Shown here one piece after another: positions 59,497-64,000 of a DNA stretch of 64,000 nucleotides (the stretch's first letter is position 1; each line of letters starts with the position of its first letter). The DNA comes from Myxococcales bacterium (GTDB lineage: Bacteria; Myxococcota_A; Polyangia; Polyangiales; DASUME01). A model generated the notes under the pieces. It did no database searches and was not told the DNA's origin. It saw only the letters and a list, made by a program, of their open reading frames with translations. A program made the position numbers and the translations under genes. Location: the NCBI GenBank assembly GCA_047601445.1, contig JASGJH010000001.1, forward strand, positions 8,896,001-8,960,000, given 5' to 3'.

Positions 59497-60225
59497 TCAG
59501 GTGCGCTGCATGGCGAAGACGAGGCTCTGACCCACCGGCAGGCGCAAGCGATCCAGCAAGCGAATGACGGGCAAGAGCAGCTCCACCTTGCGCACGTCAC
59601 CCGTGCCCACGGCGCTGTGGCCCAACAGGCGCATTTGCAAAAACCAGCCGAACGCGCCGGGGATATTGACGTAGCGGCAGTCGCGCGTGAGCAGACGAGC
59701 CGGACCTTGAGTCACCTCGAGCCGCTTCAGGTCAGCGGCGACATAGCGACGGTGATGGCCGAGCGCGCGGTCGAAGTCCGAGTACAGCCAGCGCCCTGCT
59801 GGCACCAACGCCACGAACCATCCGCCGGGCTTCAACAGGCGCGCGCAGTGCTGGACTACGGTGGCGTCGTCGACGATGTGCTCGAGCACGTTCGAGGAGT
59901 AGATGCAGTCGAGGCTGTCGAACTCTCGGAGCTCCAAGATGTCGCTACCGCAGGCAGCCACGCGGGGATGGCCGGCGAAGCGCTTGGAGAGCACGCGCAG
60001 GTTGTCTGGCTCGACGTCGAAGGGACGCACCCGATAATCGGCCCCCACGATCTCGGTCAGCGTGCCGTGCCCGGCTCCGAGCTCGACGTTCGCTGCGCCC
60101 AGATAGGGCCGAAAGAAGTCCACGATCCAGCGGTTGTAACCGACCGCAGACTCGATGGTGTCGAGCATCGCGCCGCCGAGGGCGTGCTCGGCGTAGACCT
60201 CGGAGTTAGGTCGGACTGGATCCAC
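59497..60225 (-). CDS. Class I SAM-dependent methyltransferase
   Basis: YNRWI, ELGAGHG, SNVLEHI.DD, LVPA..LYS.FD..GH.RRY; start estimated. Confidence 0.8.
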   Translation of the reverse strand: MDPVRPNSEVYAEHALGGAMLDTIESAVGYNRWIVDFFRPYLGAANVELGAGHGTLTEIVGADYRVRPFDVEPDNLRVLSKRFAGHPRVAACGSDILELREFDSLDCIYSSNVLEHIVDDATVVQHCARLLKPGGWFVALVPAGRWLYSDFDRALGHHRRYVAADLKRLEVTQGPARLLTRDCRYVNIPGAFGWFLQMRLLGHSAVGTGDVRKVELLLPVIRLLDRLRLPVGQSLVFAMQRT

Positions 60226-60613
60226 GGAACACCATCCTGTCGTAGCCGAGAAAATTGAAGACGATCGCGACGAGCATGCTGGCGAGGGTCGTGAGCATGG
60301 GAGCGAACCCGAGCCCATCGAGCAGGTAGAACATCCCGAAACGCAGTGCCAGGCCCACGGACGACACCACGTGGAACGACAGGCAGGAGCGCCAGAAGCC
60401 GGACTCGCCCGCACCCCAGGTGATGCGCCGGTGCAACACGAACGCGAACATCAGCGCGATCTCGGTGACCACGACGTTGGTCACGTTGCGCGCCAGAGCG
60501 GTGTCGTTGAGGGAGGGGACTCGAAACGCCAGCGCGGCCAGACCCATGTTGAAGCCCAACACCGCCACGCCGACCATGCCGTACCGAGAGATGCGCTGAA
60601 GCCGCTCGTTCAC
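60206..60613 (-). CDS. GtrA family membrane protein (flippase-like)
   Basis: RYG.VG, F..HR..TW, FNFL..VF; four TM segments in ~135 aa. Confidence 0.78.
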   Translation of the reverse strand: MNERLQRISRYGMVGVAVLGFNMGLAALAFRVPSLNDTALARNVTNVVVTEIALMFAFVLHRRITWGAGESGFWRSCLSFHVVSSVGLALRFGMFYLLDGLGFAPMLTTLASMLVAIVFNFLGYDRMVFRGSSPT

Positions 60614-60645
60614 CGTCCGACACTCCCACAGCCCTGCGAATCCGG

Positions 60646-61464
60646 CTAGGGTGAGCCGACCGCGCTCCTGGCCTTGACCTTCTCGCCCGCGGTGCGCGCG
60701 AAGGCGAGGGCGTTGTAGATGCTCACGATGGCTGCGCTCTTGGCGCGCTTGCGGAGCATCAGCGCTCGACGATCGCCGGCGTAGCGCTCGGCCACCTCGA
60801 TGTCCTCGGCGAACTGGCGGTGGAATTGCGCGCCGCTCTTGCTGCTCGGGTACCAACGGAAGCAGGCCAGGCGCTCCGGCAGATACAGTGGCTCACCGCG
60901 GCGGGCCAGGCGCAGCCACATGTCGTAATCGAAGGCCAGCTTGAGGTCCATGTTGATGTAGCCGACCTCGTCATGCACCGAGCGGCGCCAGAAGGTGGTC
61001 ATCTGGCACACGTAATTCTCGGTGATCAAGTTGTCGAAGCTATGGCGCTGTGCGCGCAGGTGCTTGTAGAGGCTCACCCACTTGCGCACGGGCTTGTCGT
61101 CCGGATCGATGATCTCGCAGCGTCCGTGGACCCACTCCACCTCGGGGTGCTCGCGGAAGGCGGTGGCCACCCGCTGCAGGGCTCCAGGCAACAACAGGTC
61201 GTCGCTGTTGACCCAGCCTACGATGTCCCCCGTCGCCGCGCGCAAGCCCTTGTTGATGGCGTCGCACTGGCCCTTGTCGCGCTCACTCGTCCAGGCGAAG
61301 CGGTCGCCGTAGCGCTTGAGGATCTCCACCGTGCCGTCGGTGCTGCCGCCGTCGACGACGCGGTACTCCAACTCGAAGTCGCCGCGTTGCCCGAGCACAC
61401 TCTCGATGGTGCGTTCGATGAAGGGCGCTTGGTTGTAGGAGGGAGTGACGATGGAAATGCGCAC
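60646..61464 (-). CDS. GT2 glycosyltransferase
   Basis: ISIVTPSYNQ, VDGGSTDGT, D.GQ.DAINKG, W.NSDD, DYD.WLR. Confidence 0.92.
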   Translation of the reverse strand: MRISIVTPSYNQAPFIERTIESVLGQRGDFELEYRVVDGGSTDGTVEILKRYGDRFAWTSERDKGQCDAINKGLRAATGDIVGWVNSDDLLLPGALQRVATAFREHPEVEWVHGRCEIIDPDDKPVRKWVSLYKHLRAQRHSFDNLITENYVCQMTTFWRRSVHDEVGYINMDLKLAFDYDMWLRLARRGEPLYLPERLACFRWYPSSKSGAQFHRQFAEDIEVAERYAGDRRALMLRKRAKSAAIVSIYNALAFARTAGEKVKARSAVGSP

Positions 61465-61473
61465 GGGCAGGCT

Positions 61474-62487
61474 CTACTTCTTGCCTGCCGCGCGCGCTTC
61501 GCGCTCGGCCAAAGCGATGTCCGCCTCGACCATCATGCGGACCAACTGCTTGAAATCCACCTGCGGCTTCCAGCCGAGCTCCTGGCGCGCCTTGGTGGAG
61601 TCTCCCAGCAACAGGTCGACCTCGGAGGGGCGGAAGTACTTCGGGTCGATCACGACGCGGTCCATGATGGAAACCTGCGCGTGCTCGGCCGCGAGCTCGA
61701 GGAACTCCCGCACGCTGTGCGTCTCGCCCATCGCGATCACGTAGTCGTCCGGCTTGTCCACCTGCAGCATGCGCCACATGGCCTCGACGTAGTCACCGGC
61801 GAAACCCCAGTCGCGCTTGGCGTCGAGGTTGCCGAGGAATAGCTTGTCCTGCAGGCCCACCTTGATGCGCCCCAGGGCGCGCGTGATCTTGCGCGTCACG
61901 AAGGTCTCGCCGCGGCGCGGGCTCTCGTGGTTGAACAGGATGCCGTTCACCGCGAACATGCCGTAGGCCTCGCGGTAGTTCTGCGTGATGTAGAACGAGT
62001 AGGCCTTGGCCGCCGCGTACGGGCTGCGGGGATAGAACGGCGTGGTCTCCTTCTGGGGGGTCTCCACGACCTTGCCGTAGAGCTCCGACGAGGACGCCTG
62101 ATAGAAGCGCGGGGTGATGCCGAGGTCTCGGATCGCCTCGAGCAAACGCACGGTGCCGAGGCCGGTGATGTCACCCGTGTATTCGGGCGTGTCGAAGCTG
62201 ACGCGCACGTGGCTCTGGGCGCCCAGGTTGTAGACCTCGTCCGGCTTGGTCTTGGCCAGCAGGTTGGCGAGGGCGGTACCGTCGCTCAGGTCGCCATAGT
62301 GCAGGAAGAGGCGCGCCGACGGATCGTGGGGATCGAGATACAGGTGGTCCAGGCGCTCGGTGTTGAAGCTCGAAGAGCGCCGGATGATGCCGTGGACTTC
62401 GTAGTCCTTTGCAAGCAGGAGCTCGGCCAAATAGCTGCCGTCTTGGCCGGTGATTCCCGTGATAAGCGCTCGCTTCCGTGTTGCCAT
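61474..62487 (-). CDS. gmd: GDP-mannose 4,6-dehydratase
   Basis: [59 protein letters not shown]. Confidence 0.97.
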   Translation of the reverse strand: MATRKRALITGITGQDGSYLAELLLAKDYEVHGIIRRSSSFNTERLDHLYLDPHDPSARLFLHYGDLSDGTALANLLAKTKPDEVYNLGAQSHVRVSFDTPEYTGDITGLGTVRLLEAIRDLGITPRFYQASSSELYGKVVETPQKETTPFYPRSPYAAAKAYSFYITQNYREAYGMFAVNGILFNHESPRRGETFVTRKITRALGRIKVGLQDKLFLGNLDAKRDWGFAGDYVEAMWRMLQVDKPDDYVIAMGETHSVREFLELAAEHAQVSIMDRVVIDPKYFRPSEVDLLLGDSTKARQELGWKPQVDFKQLVRMMVEADIALAEREARAAGKK

Positions 62488-62803
62488 GCCGCCGAAGTCC
62501 CCTGTCCTGTTCGACTGATCGTTCTGGGGCCAGGCCCCATCGAGCCCCGCCCTCCTCGGACCTCCTAGCGCAGGAAGCGTCGGTGACCAAGCCTCTCGCC
62601 CTTATTGCTGTTTTTCTGGCCCGTATCAACCTAGAGGCGTGGTGCTCACGGGGCGGGCCGGCGGCCCAGGGAAGAGCCAGGCTGGTCTCGTCTGTTGAGG
62701 CGCCCGAGTGAGCGGGGTGAAGGCCTGATCCTCGCCGACCGGATGGGCCTGCCAGAACGTGACATGGCGCCCCTAACCACCTAAACCTCTTCGGCTCGAG
62801 CCC

Positions 62804-63865
62804 ATGATCTATCTCGCGTACGTCCTCTTTGCCGTTTACGTCCTCACCCGGTTCGGGCGCGTGATCTCGGCTTCCAGGGCGATTCCGATGTGGATCGTGC
62901 TGTTCGCCCTGGGCATCACGGTGGTGGATCCCAACGTGCTGCTGCCCATCGCGCAGCTGTTCGGGATCCAGGTCGTCAGCAACATGGTGTTCGCCACCAT
63001 GTTGTTGTTTCTGCTGTTCGAGTCCCTCAAGGGAGCGGCCGAGCAGACATCGGCCACCCGTCAGCTCAGGCGCCTCGTGGCCCGCCTGGCTTGCCGTGAC
63101 TTCACGGGCCAGCAAGCGGGTCGCCCAGCAGGCTCCGTGCTGGTGGTCGTACCCGCCTACAACGAGGCCTCGTCCATCGCCAACGTGGTCACGCAGCTCG
63201 CCGCGCTGCTCGCCGACAACGACGACATCGACGCCGTGATCGTCGACGACGGCTCGATGGACGAGACCGCCCGGATCGCCAGCGAGCGGGCGAATGGCCG
63301 CATCAGCGTCGTGTCCCATGCGGTCAACTGTGGGGTCGGCGGCGTCCTGATGACCGCCTTCACGATCGCCACCCAGCACGCCTATCAGCACGTCGTGCAG
63401 TGCGACGCCGACGGGCAGCACCCGGTGGGGTCCATCCCGGACCTCGTCCAGCAGGCCGCCGAGCGCCGCGTCGATCTCCTGGTGGGCAGCCGCTTCTGCG
63501 CCGAGAGCGAGAAGGACGAGAGCACGACGTGGATGCGTCGCTTCGGTGGTCGCCTGATCTCGCTCTCCCTCGCCACCTTCGGCCGCAAGGCCCAGGTCAC
63601 GGATCCGACCAGCGGCTTTCGCGTTTACTCGCGGCGCGCGGCAGCGCTGCTCGCGGTGCGCATGCCCGACGAATATCCGGAGCCGGAGTCGGTCGCGGTA
63701 TGCGCCATTCAAGGGCTTTCGATCGGCGAGACGCCGGTCAAAATGTTGGCACGTGAAGCTGGTGAATCGAGTATCTCGGGCTGGAAGAGCGCCGTTTTCA
63801 TGGTCAAGGTGCTGACCTCCTTGCTCTCCTTCCGAGTGCGCTATGCACTTGGCCGCGTCGGATAA
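62804..63865 (+). CDS. DUF2304-like membrane domain fused to a GT2 polyprenyl-phosphate glycosyltransferase
   Basis: N-terminal 3 TM (W..F, IAQLFGI..SN.VF, L..LV..LA) followed by PAYNE, DDGS.D.T, QCDADGQH, DPTSGFR, EYPEPE. Confidence 0.75.
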   Translation: MIYLAYVLFAVYVLTRFGRVISASRAIPMWIVLFALGITVVDPNVLLPIAQLFGIQVVSNMVFATMLLFLLFESLKGAAEQTSATRQLRRLVARLACRDFTGQQAGRPAGSVLVVVPAYNEASSIANVVTQLAALLADNDDIDAVIVDDGSMDETARIASERANGRISVVSHAVNCGVGGVLMTAFTIATQHAYQHVVQCDADGQHPVGSIPDLVQQAAERRVDLLVGSRFCAESEKDESTTWMRRFGGRLISLSLATFGRKAQVTDPTSGFRVYSRRAAALLAVRMPDEYPEPESVAVCAIQGLSIGETPVKMLAREAGESSISGWKSAVFMVKVLTSLLSFRVRYALGRVG

Positions 63866-63883
63866 CCAGAAATCGAGGTTTCC

Positions 63884-64000
63884 ATGACCGTAGATCGCCT
63901 GCCTACACAGCTTGAGTCGCGCCCCGAGATCGCGGAGTTCTTCGGTGGCCGTCCGGTCCTCGTCACGGGGGGACTCGGCTTCGTCGGCAGTAACTTGGTG
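63884..64000 (+). CDS. NAD-dependent epimerase/dehydratase, 3'-truncated by the window edge
   Basis: GAGG RBS, ATG at 63884, Rossmann motif VLVTGGLGFVGSNLV. Confidence 0.8.
   Translation, partial: MTVDRLPTQLESRPEIAEFFGGRPVLVTGGLGFVGSNLV

Overview
GC-rich bacterial chromosomal segment, most likely Myxococcota (inferred from the eukaryote-like Ser/Thr kinase, the TonB-C-fused TonB-dependent receptor and a Myxococcus-type LexA-box-like site). The first ~36 kb is housekeeping/metabolic: DUF790 nuclease (partial), chlorite-dismutase-family protein, astD, an extended nfeD-floA operon, FATP-type acyl-CoA synthetase, a large kinase, purU, DAHP synthase, yhbY, sixA, a LysR-regulated sulfite reductase module, TonB receptor, HAD hydrolase, pstSCAB-phoU with Pho boxes, metallophosphoesterase, dinB, a gdh-ureohydrolase-M20 operon and an orphan HExxH protein with a DUF2063-like tail. 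From ~36.2 kb to the window end lies a >27 kb ABC-transporter-dependent (kps-type) polysaccharide locus: kpsF-M-T-E, kdsA-C-B, kpsC, kpsS, gmd and many glycosyltransferases. It is unusual in four ways: KpsE lacks its periplasm-spanning helical hairpin, no kpsD is visible, KpsC is single-domain, and two multidomain enzymes carry putative ribofuranosyltransferase modules. Two probable single-base frameshifts (near 9181 and 48731) may be assembly errors. No rRNA, tRNA, CRISPR array or mobile element was recognised. All family assignments come from recognising motifs by eye; no database searches were run.
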